Source: Curvularia clavata
Lineage: Eukaryota
Direction of reading: 5' to 3'
DNA length: 64,000 bases
NCBI GenBank assembly: GCA_023920165.1
Contig: CP089274.1
Location: forward strand, 2,232,001 to 2,296,000
The notes below the pieces were generated by a model that was not told where the DNA came from, ran no database searches, and worked only from the letters and a program-made list of their open reading frames with translations. Position 1 is the stretch's first letter; every line of letters begins with the position of its first letter. Of the stretch, positions 23,184-35,350 are shown piece after piece. The translations under genes and the position numbers were made by a program.

Positions 23184-24185
23184 GAGGTGGAAGGGGATGT
23201 GTGAATGGGACTGGGTGTACGTGAATTTCTTTTCATGGAGATCGTGCTTCCAAGGGCGCTTGAGAATGTGTTACCAACAAGTGACATGTGAAGTAACGAT
23301 ATGCTTAGAGTTGAGGATCGTCCCCTTTTTCTTATCTCTGTGTTCTATTCTTCTGACGACTATTATACCATGTGTTTCTAGAACACGCAAATCCCTCATC
23401 CTCGTCTAACTCCTTAAAACTCCAAGACCGCAAGTCCACCAAGCTAGCTCCCCCGGCCCACTTGCCCACTCAAGACCTATTATGACGAGCTATGACATAT
23501 CTAATAACCAGCAGCATTATGAAAACCCTGCCAAACACATATGAAGCTGTTTCTGTGCGTTTCATTTCACTATTATGCCTCGGAGCATGTGACGGAAGAA
23601 CGTGCGCAACGGTCGTTAATGAAACAATAATGGATACCTATAGTACGCGGTATATACCTTGATATAATTCTAGGTAAGTATAAGCCGAGATAAAGGATTC
23701 TTGCTAACACAATCAAGACTTAGGTTGAAATATCTCGAGTCAGGTTTGTTTCAATTTCCGTATGGCGAAATTTGGATTGAAAGCAGGGTTTGCAGGCCCA
23801 CAGTCACGGGATTTCATGCATACGTTAGGAGCCCACCGTTCGAAAGCACTTAGTGACAAGGTTGGTGAACATTTAGAACCGTACATTACTTTCTTGCTAA
23901 GCTGAACTTCTCGTGACAACTAGGCATGCTGGTCATACGTTTAGAGCAATAAGAAGCATAGGTATTAACAAACAGCTGCAGCTTCCAAAAGCCTTAGGGA
24001 TTTCAAGGAAGTGTTTGGCTCTAGCAAAATCACAAAGCAAATACACGCCATCAAACAAGAATTATTTCAAACAGAGTGCTGAATAAACAGCAGATCCTGA
24101 ATGTATTTCACTATCTTATCGTTTCCAGGTATAATCACCTCACATCTACGTCTAGGGTGCTGCATAGCTAGCCAGCATTCAAACC

Positions 24186-26499
24186 TCACTGCGAAATGCC
24201 CAATTCCTTATAGAAAGCCTCTGTTTGCGGCTTGCGGCCCAGGAACTCCTCGAGGATATCCATCTCCTCCTTCGAGCCGCCGCGTTCCAGAACAGTGTGG
24301 CGGTAGCGGCGACCTTCCTTAGGGTTCATAGGGTCGGACTTGAATACAGTGTAGAACATGTCGGTGGAGTAGACTTGTGAGGAGAGGTAGCCGTAGTATC
24401 TATTCTTTGTTAGTATGCATGTCGTTGTCACATGGTTTTGGTAGAAACTCACCCAGCGTCATAGCCACCGATCAAGTGACCAAAGGTAGCTTGTCCGTTA
24501 CCCCAGTGCCAGTCACCCTTCTTGGCACCCTCCAGCGACTCGGGTCCCTTTAGCTGACTGATCTCGTGCCTCAAGGAGTTGTACTTTTCAGTAATGTCCA
24601 TCTTCTCGAGCTCCTCGTGGCTGGCAGGTTCGTGAACAGCCATGTCGAAAGTGCCGAAGTGCAACTGTCTCAGGTTGAAGAGCGCATCGTTGACGTGCTT
24701 GGTAGAGATCAGGTTGGCGATAAGCGACTGGGGAATCTGTTCCGAGGGCTTCGAGCTCTTGCCCGACGACTCGAGATATGCCTTCTCGTAGTCGGAAGAG
24801 AGGTAAGAGTAGTGGTGTGAGAGTGAGCGCAGTTGCGATGGGGTCCAGCACCAGTTCTCCAACATCTGGGAGGGGGCCTCGACGAAGTCACGGACGGTGT
24901 TGGTGCCGTGGAAGCGAGAGTAGGTTGTCCGAGAGACCAGGTCGTGAATACCGTGTCCAAGCTCGTGGAAGAGAGTGACCACTTCCTCGTGCTTCAGCAG
25001 CGAAGGCTTCTTCGGTGTAGGCTTGGAGAAGTTGCAGACAAGAGCAGTGGCAGGGTAGCGTCGCTTGCCATTTTCATCAATGTATCCAGGTTGCAGGTTG
25101 AAGTTCGCCGCATGTCCGTACTTGCCATCTCGTGGGAAAAGGTCAAGATAGAGATAGCCCACGAAGCCTGCGCCCTCGCCTTCATCATCCCAGACGCTGA
25201 AGATCTGTACATCCTCGTGCCAAACAATGTCGGATCCCTTACCGCCATCCGCAAGAGCAGCCCTTTCTTCCTCACCAGCAATCTCGACGAAGACCAGACC
25301 GAAAAGCTCCTCGAAGATCTTCAGCATGCCCTGAATTGTTGTTGACAGAGGGAAGTATTCAGCAATAACCTGATGATCGAGCTGGTAATCCTTTTCTAGC
25401 ATCAGGCGATCGTAGTATCTGTTGTCCCAGAGGTAGTAGTCTTCCGCCAACGGGCCAGTCAGTCCGTTTTCTTTGGCATCTTGCTTCTTGAGCTCTATCA
25501 GCTTCTCAATCTCCTTCTTGCCGCCTGGCGCGAGCCTCTTGCGTAAGTCTCCAAGGAACTCGTCAACAGTCTGGGGTGTTTTTGCCATCTTGTCTTCTAT
25601 CCGGAACTGCGCATGGTTGTCGTATCCAAGGATGCGAGCTCCCTCGTCACGAAGGAGAATTGCCTCCCTGAAGAGAGCGACGTTGTCATTGCATTTGTTC
25701 TCGTTGGCGACAAAGACCTTCATTCGCGTGTCTGGGTTGGTAGCATACTTGAGCGTTGGGAACAGGTCAGGGTACTTGAAGGTGAGGAAGAGCTTGCCCT
25801 CGTTCTCGCCCTCGCCCTTCTTGAGTCCTGACACGACGTCTTCCGGAACGCCATGTAGCTCGTCGGGTGTGAACCACAGTCCTCCGTTCTCCTCGTTGAG
25901 ATTCTTCTGGAAAGCAATGCTGATTTGACTCAACCTTTGCTTGATCTCCTTGAATCTGTCTCTCTTGGGGCCCGCAGGCAGGTTCAAACCATTGCGGATG
26001 AAGGATTTATGATCCTTCTCTAGCAACCGCTGCGACTCGGGATCTAGCTTCTCGCCCTTCTTCAGCACCGCATCAACGAGGTTGAAGACATCCTCGCGCA
26101 TAGACGACTCAATTCCAAAGTCATCGAGCATCTGCTCTACTTCACTCGAAGCGTCACGCAACTCCTTGCTGGTCGACACAGCATTGTAGAAGCCGAGGAT
26201 ATGGGCTTCAATGGCCATTTTGTTGTCATCGCGGGCAATTGGAAGAAGAGTGTTGGCAAAAGTTGCGCTCTCGGGCTTGACGTCGCGGACAATGGCATCT
26301 TGGACGCTACGTGATCTGTCGATCTTGGGCACGTCAGCACGTATCCGAAGCACCGCGCCCTGGCCGGGGAAGAACAAGAGCCACAATACTATGTGAAGAG
26401 ACAACATACCAGTCTCTTTGCGTCATCGACTAGGCTTTGCTTGGTAGCAGTGAACTTGGGCGGCAGCTGGGGCGGCTTCTTGTACTGGGCCGGGGCCAT
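24186..26499 (-). CDS. PRD1: M3A metallo-oligopeptidase (thimet oligopeptidase/saccharolysin; MepB/Prd1)
   Basis: Motifs FHELGHGIH, DFVEAPSQMLENW, YLDLFPRDGKYGHAA and FGHLIGGYDAGYYGYL. Introns 26324-26409 and 24400-24452. First AUG at 26499; see findings for a possible upstream GUG start. Confidence 0.93.
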
Positions 26500-27375
26500 G
26501 GTGGAGTTTGTGAGGGGTCGGAAGGGCTGGGTATAGAGGGGATTGCGCAAGGGCGTGGGCTTGACGTATTGCAGGATCGAAGGTACGCGCCCGCCGAGTC
26601 GAATCGAAGCCAGGATGGCGGTAGTGCCAATGAAGAGAGCGACAGCGGCGAGGAAGAACTTGGTTAAGCGTGAGGAAGCCACGGTGGGCAAAGAGCTTGC
26701 TGCTTCAGCTTGCTCTTATGCCGGCATGTGGGGAAGCGGGCGTTTGGGCGGTGTGCTGTGATGAACAAGGGTTTTGTACTTGTGAGCACGACGGTGATGC
26801 TTCAAGGTCGATTGTATGGGCTACGTGACCTCTCCGCAGCGCTCCAGCTACAAATAGCCGCATGAGGATCGGCGTCTTGTATGGATACGCCCGTAATAGA
26901 CCGGTAGCCCTGAATGGCAAGGCGCCATCTCTGCCCCCATGTCCCATGCGGATTGTTCCCGCCATTGTGCAACAGTCGCTGTTGGAAGTTGCGGCCTCTT
27001 CAGCTATGCAACCAAGCTTGATTGAGGCATCCGAGTCACTAGATGCTACTATCCTATCTTCACGTGTACCTCGGGGCGTCCTCTGCAGCAGACGTGGCTT
27101 GTGCTGTGTCGAGCTAGATTAGTGCATTTTGCCAGCTGACTTGGACTCCCGACTATTAGCTCTGGAGAATACGTATGTAGATGCAAATGCCAATTCATTA
27201 TCAAGTTCAAGTCCAAGAACAAGAGACGCTCACTAGGTCCTATCCTACATTTATCGTACATGAAGAATGTCATCAAACTCCTTTTTTTCGCCCAGATAGC
27301 CCAGCTACCTCCGCCCTTTGTCATACCTCGTTTCGGACATAGACATTATGTTTTAAGAAATGCAGTGGTTCTACC

Positions 27376-28706
27376 TCACGCTATCCTATTTGGATATCTC
27401 GCGGGCTCCAGGTGCACGCTGCCCTTTCCATCTGAGCTTAAACTTTCCGGTATGGTGACAAAGGGGCCCCAGTTGGACTCTCTAGCAATGGTAGTCCTTT
27501 CGTGGATTGAGATAAAACCAACCGTATCTCCCCTCTCGATAGCCTTTTCGTTCGGCAGCGGCCACATCTCTACGTCTGGTGTTTTGCGCCGACTGTGGGC
27601 ATGGACTGGTGCGGCTGGCGGCGAAGCTGACTGCGGAATCGCAGGCAGAGTCACATACATCTTCTGTGGCGTTCCGCTCTGGCGCGTTTTCTTATCCTTG
27701 TCGCGGAAAAGAAGACGAAGAAAGGGCACAGACGCAGATATAATGCCACTGTTGGTCTCGACCTGGCCCCACAGGAGAAGATCCGCTCCGTATCGCGCAG
27801 CGTTGTAAGGAGAAGCCGCCCACATGTACATGACCCATAAGCGCACTGAAGATGCTGCGATGGCCAGGAGACCTACAGAGAATATGCCAATGAGTGCTAG
27901 TCGTTTAGAGGTTGGGATGCGGAGACTCAGCAATGTCGGTAGAGGCATCAAGAGGACAATGACATCAGTCAGCAGGTTGCAGGCCGATGAAAATACCCAC
28001 AACGGGACCGGGTCGAAGCACACGGCGGGCTCTGGCTTCAGGCTGGGCTGGAATTGCGCAAGGTAGTTGTTCACAGACCAAGCGCTCGCTGGATTTTGGC
28101 ATTGAAAAATTGCGGCCATGCTCGCGGCGAACGTGTACATGATCACAAACGCAATCATGCCATAGACCAGTCGGCGGAAGACGGGGTTTGCAGCGATGGA
28201 CCGATAAAAGAAGAGGATGCTGAGCTTGATGAAGCCTAGCCCTATAACGTAGATCAATCGGTAGGTCCACCAAGAGATGAGTACACCTAGAACGTAACCC
28301 TCAATCTCTGGCCTTTTTTCCTAATCAGGTGTGTTAAAGCAGTTCTTAGGAGGAGGAGAGAGCTCTTTTCTTACAGGTCTCTTCAGGTACGAGGGTCGAT
28401 AACCACTGCTCGTTACATCTTGAAAATAATTCACGACAAACGTTCCCCATGCGACAACCTAGATATTATCAGCTTGGCGTTTAGCCTGGGGTTGGCGAAG
28501 CTTACAAGAGCGGCAAACATAAGATGGTCGCTCGCGCTGACGGCCCCAACACGAAAGTACCGACAGTAGTATCTGCAGATGCTAATTAGGACTTGACCTG
28601 CAGCTGCTAGAAACGTGTAGACTAACCGGAGCGCTACAACGATTGTTGATAGCGTTGTCAACGCCGCGCCGACAATGACCACGACATAGCCTGGTCGATA
28701 ATACAT
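27376..28706 (-). CDS. PTH11-like (fungal rhodopsin-domain) integral membrane protein without CFEM
   Basis: Three short canonical introns. Motifs VALRYYCR, IKLSILFFYRSI, IFQCQNPASAW, NLLTDVIVLLMPLP and VETNSGIISASVPFLR. Confidence 0.85.
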
Positions 28707-29806
28707 TGTCGTCTAGGCGTGTGGGCTTGCCCTTGGGATCGTGAGTCGGACGTGGTTAGTCCCCAAGTCGAGGATGGCGATCGCAGAGACGTGCGCCGAG
28801 AGAACAGTGGGATGTGCGAACAAAAGAACAAACAACGAACATAGACGCGTCGGTCCCTCTAAGAGCTTGTGTATAGGGGAGGGGGCGAGCTCCAAGATTT
28901 AGGGTTCCCCGGGTTCTGCGCCAGCGGGAGGCACTGTTCCGTAAGGCGTTTCGTGACCCTTACGCGTGCCGAGTAGGACTATCATCCCAGCCGTGGCGAT
29001 CCTACTAGCGAAGTAGAGGTATGGCTCGACGCACAGCAAACCTCACTATTGTCTTACGATACATGATAGGCTCGCGGTGCCGCTAGGAGGTCGAGACAAC
29101 GTGGAGTACTGGGATGAGCCAGCAGCATATAGCATTTTGCAATTAGAGATCGGGCCGCGACCTGGCTAGACTAGGAACTTGGGCTGAAGCAAAAATATGG
29201 CTGCACTGCTATGTGGTCCGGACCTGAGGGGTACGGTCAGGCAACGGAGACGATTGCCAGACTGAGTTACAAAAGCTGGCGCATTTGGACGTCCCAAACG
29301 GCCACTAGCTGCAAGTGGAATAGACAGTGGTGTCGCATGGTTACATACAACCGAGCAACAAAAAGCTTGCATGAACTGATAGACTCGGCAACGGGATGTG
29401 GGGTGTGCCTGGTTTTCCGTGGTGAACGCTGGGCTCCAGATGTTTGAGGACGCTGAGGCTGAAACCTGGCATGTATGCTGATGAACGACCACGATCTGAG
29501 GCGCATCTTGACTGACCTTGTTACATCCGGTACCGCGAACGTTACCCACGTGTCGCGATCGGAAACAGTTCGCTCACGTGAAAAAAAGCAAAGGTGTTCT
29601 TCTTTTACTCCATCTTCTCAACACGTCTCGACTATACGGAATACGAGCCATGGAGGCGTAATGGGCTTACGTTGGAAGGGCCTTTTGATTAAATTGACCT
29701 CATCTATGTAAGCTCGTGACTTGACACAAACTTGGACAAGACAACTGACTAGACGGTGGAGTCGCGTGTGGCTGCAGCTCGCTTTGAGTTGGGCCGAAGC
29801 AGGGTG

Positions 29807-29826
29807 TGTATGTATGTATGTATGTA
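29807..29826. repeat. (TGTA)5 microsatellite
   Basis: Read directly from the sequence. Confidence 0.85.
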
Positions 29827-30617
29827 ATTACCACAGCCTGCGTCGCGTGCATAACCGAGCGTCCGGAAAAGCCGTGCCGGGGTCGACGCGACCTGGCTGC
29901 TGGGTTGTGACGTCAACAGAGAGTTGCCATTTTCGAAGACGGAGCTGGGGATGGCCCAAAGGATTGGGAATGATTGTTGGGGATGCGCAAGACGGCTTTG
30001 TTGTGCTTCCAAGCTGCGAGTGTAGCCCTAAAGGGACTTAGAAATGGCCAAGCGATGCAATACATGTTGAGTGAGAATGACTCACGAGACTCAAATGTGA
30101 TTGGCCAGCCAGGCGGGGCCAAATATATGCATTCGGTAAGGCCGAGCACCACCGAGAGGCAGGCGCAGGAAACAAATCAAGGTGCACGTCGCACTTGGCT
30201 GATAGTAGCAGGCGCTGGCGGTGGACGCGCGCTGGGACCACAGCGCCTTTAAACCTGTGTCTGCCAGAATGGTCACGTGATGGCGATACAACTCACCTCG
30301 ACTCATAGTGACGTTGATGGTTGAGTGAGGAACTTCGTCTGCCTAAACGTTGCGCCCTTTCTCAGGATGAGTAGGAATGATACACCTGCTATACGTGCGG
30401 GAATGCAGCCAGTATAAGATGGACTCTATTTTCCAAAACAAGACTTGGATTCCATTATCTGTACTCAGACGCATTACCAGGCATCCATAATCCAACCCAT
30501 ATATCGCCTGAGGCTATGGTCGACCAGAGACCCAGCACCATCTGAACAGAGAGCCACGCTTAAACGGCTGAACGAAACAAAAGAAACATCATCTCCTGCT
30601 GACACGCTGAAACAGAA

Positions 30618-31478
30618 TTACTTTTGAGAGCGAAGAAGAGCACGAAGCGTCTCCACCTCGCCTTCTAGCCGGGCATTGCGGACTTTGAGTTCATCCCGCT
30701 CGGCCTTGATCTGCTTGAGCTCAGCTTCGAGTGAGCTCATCTGGTCAACCCGCTTCTGGCGGTAACGGCGAGCAGCGAGAGTGTTTGCTTTTCGCTTCTC
30801 GATGCGCGACGGAGGCTCTTGGATTACGGGGCTGCTCTTAGTAGATTGCAATTTGGATGAAGAGATGTGCTCAGGAGACGATGAGCTCCGGTCCTTGTGG
30901 CTTGTCCAAGAAGAACCAGACTGAGAGCATTCTGTGCAGGTTAGAAACTGATGACAGGATACGCGAGAGCACGGCTTACCTCTCGTCATTTGTGAGGATG
31001 TGTTCATGTTGCGTGAGAGATCCATGCCGGAAGGCATGGCAAGTGTTTTCATAGTGTCTTCGGCAGTAGAAAGTGAGGCAGAACCGCCAGGAAATAGTTG
31101 GGTCTCATGACCAAGGTACGGTGAGTCAGAAGTCGGGAAAAGGTTCCAGTCAGAAGTAGTGTAAACAGAAGCGTCCGGTGCGATGAGGCTATCCGCCAAG
31201 ACAGTCGAGGAGGATGAGGTGGTTGGAAGAAGGGAGGAAGTGTCGAGTAAAGAGTTGCTGTCTTGAGGGGTAGAATAAGGAGAAAGATGCCAATCAGCAG
31301 ACAGGGGCCCATGGAGGCTTGATGACAACACGGAGTTGAGAAGGTTGCCAGAACATGCGGAAGGGTCGGATTGTGCTGGCCGGCATGGGGGCGGCGGTAT
31401 ATTGCATTCTGAGATGTTGTAGTGCGGGTCCTGATACCCGCTGGTGAAAACTAGGAATTCGTCAAATGAAATTGGAAA
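30618..31478 (-). CDS. jlbA: bZIP transcription factor, JlbA/IDI-4 type (start codon uncertain)
   Basis: C-terminal basic region and zipper RIEKRKANTLAARRYRQKRVDQMSSLEAELKQIKAERDELKVRNARLEGEVETLRALL. Intron 30932-30979. The frame is open from 31478, but the first in-frame AUG is at 31052. Confidence 0.75.
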   Translation of the reverse strand, partial: FPISFDEFLVFTSGYQDPHYNISECNIPPPPCRPAQSDPSACSGNLLNSVLSSSLHGPLSADWHLSPYSTPQDSNSLLDTSSLLPTTSSSSTVLADSLIAPDASVYTTSDWNLFPTSDSPYLGHETQLFPGGSASLSTAEDTMKTLAMPSGMDLSRNMNTSSQMTRGKPCSRVSCHQFLTCTECSQSGSSWTSHKDRSSSSPEHISSSKLQSTKSSPVIQEPPSRIEKRKANTLAARRYRQKRVDQMSSLEAELKQIKAERDELKVRNARLEGEVETLRALLRSQK

Positions 31479-31728
31479 CTATCTGAGGGCGCCCAACACG
31501 GGGTGATGAGCGCGAAGTTGGATGAGGAGCAGAAGAAGGAGGGCGGGGCGGCTTCGCTTTATACCGGGAGCAACGAGAAGGATGGGCAGGGCACTACCTA
31601 GGCTGACCGACCGGCCTGCAAGCCATCCCATCCATCGACGGCACGCTAGTCGCCCACCCCGGTCGCACTTTGCTGCTGCAACTTTGCTGCGCCCTTCTGC
31701 GTCGGCAAGCACAGCCCACACCAACGCC

Positions 31729-32616
31729 ATGGCGACAATGCCCTCTGCACGACTGTTACGGCCCAGTGTAGTGCCATCGCGATTCGACCCCCTCGTCGCA
31801 CTCCTCGTTCCCTCGGCTCAATGCGCACACAATGCCCCTAGAGCGTGCTTTTCGACGTCACCAGCCCGCTGGAAGAGGGACAACAACAAGAATCGAGGAG
31901 TGTCTGCCGTGAGGGCCACTGCGCTGCGTCCAAGGCAAACGCTGTCGGTCAGACAAAAAGACTTTGATAAGCAACAATTGCCCAAGCCTGTTGAGATTGA
32001 ACACAAGCTCACGGGCACATCGGACCACGGACTCTGGGGCTTCTTCAAGGACCAAAAACTGTTGCAGACACCGGTGGATGAGCAGAGACATGGTATGCAG
32101 CATCTAGCTCAATGTTCCATGGGCAGTAGCTGACAAGGACACAGGCAGGGCGTGGACTGTCGGCGAGCTGCGCAGTCGAGACTGGGACACTCTACACCAA
32201 CTGTGGTGGGTATGCGTCAAGGAGCGAAACCGCCTTGCGACGGAGAAAATTGAGCGCAAGCGCCTGAATGCGGGCTATGGTGATTTTGAGAACCAGGAGC
32301 GGGACAGGACGGTACAGGAGACGATGAAGGCAATCCTGGATACACTGGCAGAGAGGCACCAGGCGTATCAAGAGGCATATGTTCTGGCACAACATGACCC
32401 AGATATCGATCTGTCAAGGACAGATGGACCACAGTATACACAACCTCCATACGTGAGTTTGCCCTCTCGACGCAACCAGACGTCTTGTGCTAATACTTTC
32501 CCTAGGATCCCTTAGAAGCTGACGATACACCATACGATGCTCAACCTGCCTCCACAACTGAAGAGTCTGTGAAGGACAAGACGAGCACGGAACCGAGAGA
32601 AAAGGTTAATGTCTGA
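31729..32616 (+). CDS. MRPL4: Mitochondrial large-subunit ribosomal protein uL29m (MRPL4)
   Basis: Presequence-like N-terminus, RDNNKNRGVSAVRAT and DHGLWGFF. An intron restores HGRAWTVGELR...LHQLWWVCVKERNRLATE. A second intron lies near 32452-32505. Confidence 0.9.
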
Positions 32617-33096
32617 AAACGGCTTAGAGGGCCTTGATGTCCCAAGCGTGCACTCGGACGACTCTTGCACGTCCATGTCCCTTCAGTGCAAGAGCCGGCG
32701 GTGGTGGAAACTCCAGCCGTGCACAGGATGCATCGTCACATTCTCGGTGCAGCAAGCCCTAGGCGCCTGCGGAGTGTATCCACGGATAGAGGCACCTGGA
32801 GCAGCCAAGGTAGCCTGGTTTTTCTGCAGCATGTTGCATGTATCATAGTAGCACTGGATGAAAATAGTGGACTGCACTAGCGTAGCATATACCAAACGCG
32901 TTGAGTTATGAAAGTAATGCTAGCACAAACCAGTCGACCAGATTGGCGAGGCGCTTCCCAAAGAGCTTCCAACCCCACATCCACCTCACCGCCCTAAGCC
33001 GACCTGCCCACGCCCACGCCCACGCGCTTCCTAGCGGACTTCTTCTACTGCAGACTGCAAACACCCCTATTTTCCACAACTTCACATCAATCAGCC

Positions 33097-34880
33097 ATGG
33101 AAGAAATCGCTCCAGAATACGACGTCGTGGTCCTGGGAACAGGTGGGCTGCCATTACCCCGCCTACGTAACATGGAGGCCTCTGAAGCTAACTAGGTATC
33201 TCCAGGTCTCACCGAATGTGTGCTTTCAGGGTATTACAGGACCTCGAACAAAAAGCAAACCTGGCTACAGGCTGACATCCTTGCAGTGTTCTTAGTGTTA
33301 AGGGCAAGAAGGTGCTCCACATTGATCGCAATGATCACTATGGAGGGTGAGTGGCGCTGCTGGCAGCTGTAGAGGGAGGGGTTCGAGGCTAACAATACGC
33401 AGTGAGGCAGCATCACTGAACATCGAAGCAGTACGTATCTCAGAAGTATATCCACCGTCCATCATGCTGACTGGAAACTTAGCTCTTCAAGCGGTACGGC
33501 CAGACCGAGGGTGAGCCATGGAAGAAGTACGGTCGTGTCAACGACTGGAACATCGACCTCGTCCCTAAGCTCCTCATGGCCAACGGCGAACTCACCAACA
33601 TCCTCGTTTCCACCGACGTTACCAAATACCTCGATTTCAAGCAGATTGCTGGCAGCTATGTCCAGCAGGGCAAGGGCCCCAAGGCGACCATCGCCAAGGT
33701 CCCTTCGGATGCTGGCGAGGCTCTTCGATCGCCCCTCATGGGTCTTTTCGAGAAGCGCCGCGCGAGGAACTTCCTCGAATGGGTTGGTGCATACAAGGAG
33801 GATGACCCAGCTACACACAAGGGTATGAGAGTCTGCGGACAAGGTGCTATTGAAAGCAGAATTGCTGACATTTAATAGGCGTCGATGTCAAGAACAGCAC
33901 CATGAAGGAAGTCTACGACAAGTTCGGCCTTGAGGACTCTACTCGCGACTTTGTTGGTCACTCCATGGCTCTGTACCCGACTGACGACTACATCAACCAA
34001 AAGGGTGGAGCAGGAGATGCTATCCAGCGTATCAGGCTGTACGTGAACTCCATGGCACGATACGGAAAGTCCCCATACATCTACCCCCTCTACGGTCTCG
34101 GCGAGCTCCCCCAGGGCTTTGCTCGTCTATCCGCCATCTATGGTGGTACTTACATGCTCAACACTGACGTCGATGAATTTATTTATGAGGGCGGCAAGGT
34201 CGTTGGTATTAAGGCCACCATGAAGGAAAAGGATGTTCCTGGCGAAGGCATGAAGTTCGAGACCAAGGCTGGCAAGATCCTCGCAGATCCTTCGTACTTC
34301 CCCAGCAAGGCCCGTATCACTGGACACCTGCTCAAGGCTATTTGCATTCTCAACCACCCCATCCCCAACACATCTGATGCCGACTCTCTGCAACTGATTA
34401 TCCCCCAGTCCCAGGTCGGACGCAAGCATGGTAGGTGAGCAATTGGCTACTTTCGGAATCGATGCTTACAATCATTCTAGACATCTACATTGCGGTCGTC
34501 TCGTCTGCACACAACGTCTGCCCCAAGGGATACTATATTGCAATCGTCTCCACCATTGCTGAGGGCGACAGCAACCACCACCTCGAGCTCCAGCCCGGTC
34601 TTGAGCGTCTTGGAGCAATTGAGGAGAAGTTCATGGGCCCAGCTATCCCACTCTACGAGCCAATTGAGAGCGGCGTTAACGACAACATTTTCCTGTCGAA
34701 GAGCTACGATGCTACGAGCCACTTCGAGACAACGACTGGTAAGGCGTGGCAGCCAAAGATAGAGTTGACAGTGCTAACATGAGAACAGATGATATCAAGG
34801 ATATTTACAGGCGCGCAGAGGGCCACGAACTCGTTGTCGAAGGCCTGAGGGAAGACGCAAACTTCAACGTTGAGGAATAG
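33097..34880 (+). CDS. GDI1: Rab GDP-dissociation inhibitor
   Basis: Eight exons including 25- and 28-nt microexons. [92 protein letters not shown]. Confidence 0.96.
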
Positions 34881-35350
34881 ACTAGAGGCTTCGGGTATGA
34901 TGGATGATGGGCGATATAAGCAGCAATCGTTCGTTTTGGCAATTTTTCTGGATTTGCTGTAGTAAAATATGATAGCAATGGCATACATCGATGACAATCA
35001 AGTACTTGGTGAAGGAAGACACAGTAGCTTCTGCGGAGCTTGAGCTCGGTATTTCCTATTTGGGCGACGCAGGAAATACAACAATGACAAGCCCGTTGTG
35101 CTACTCACACGTTTTGTGGCAATTATGTCAAGCCAATCGAAGTAGGGGCCGTGTCTGTAACGTGAAATGCCTGTCCAATCCGCCTGACAATAGTGACAAC
35201 GTGCGGTGGTGGTCTCCTTAATATGACGGCGCAAACTCTTGGCAGGGCCACCCTCATGGAGCGTAAACCATCTGAGTACTGAGTACCGGGTCGCGTCGCA
35301 ACCAAACGTGTCCTCGAGGCGCGTCTTCTTTTTTCTCACGCTCATTCACA

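Noticed and set aside
23200..24100. AT-richer intergenic stretches (also 17900-19000) as RIP-degraded transposons
   Set aside because: No terminal repeats or transposase/RT remnants visible, and the AT enrichment is mild.
28897..28910. AACCCTAA on the minus strand as a telomerase RNA template
   Set aside because: Only an 8-nt match (GAACCCTAA rather than TAACCCTAA), it is at the wrong end of the available intergenic space, and it is a common promoter word.
30078..30084. TGACTCA Gcn4/AP-1 consensus site
   Set aside because: A single 7-mer downstream of the bZIP and 1.4 kb from the next ATG is expected by chance in 64 kb.
31522..31728. In-frame Arg-rich upstream extension of MRPL4
   Set aside because: It overlaps the divergent bZIP promoter. 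ATG 31729 has a strong context and already begins a presequence-like segment.
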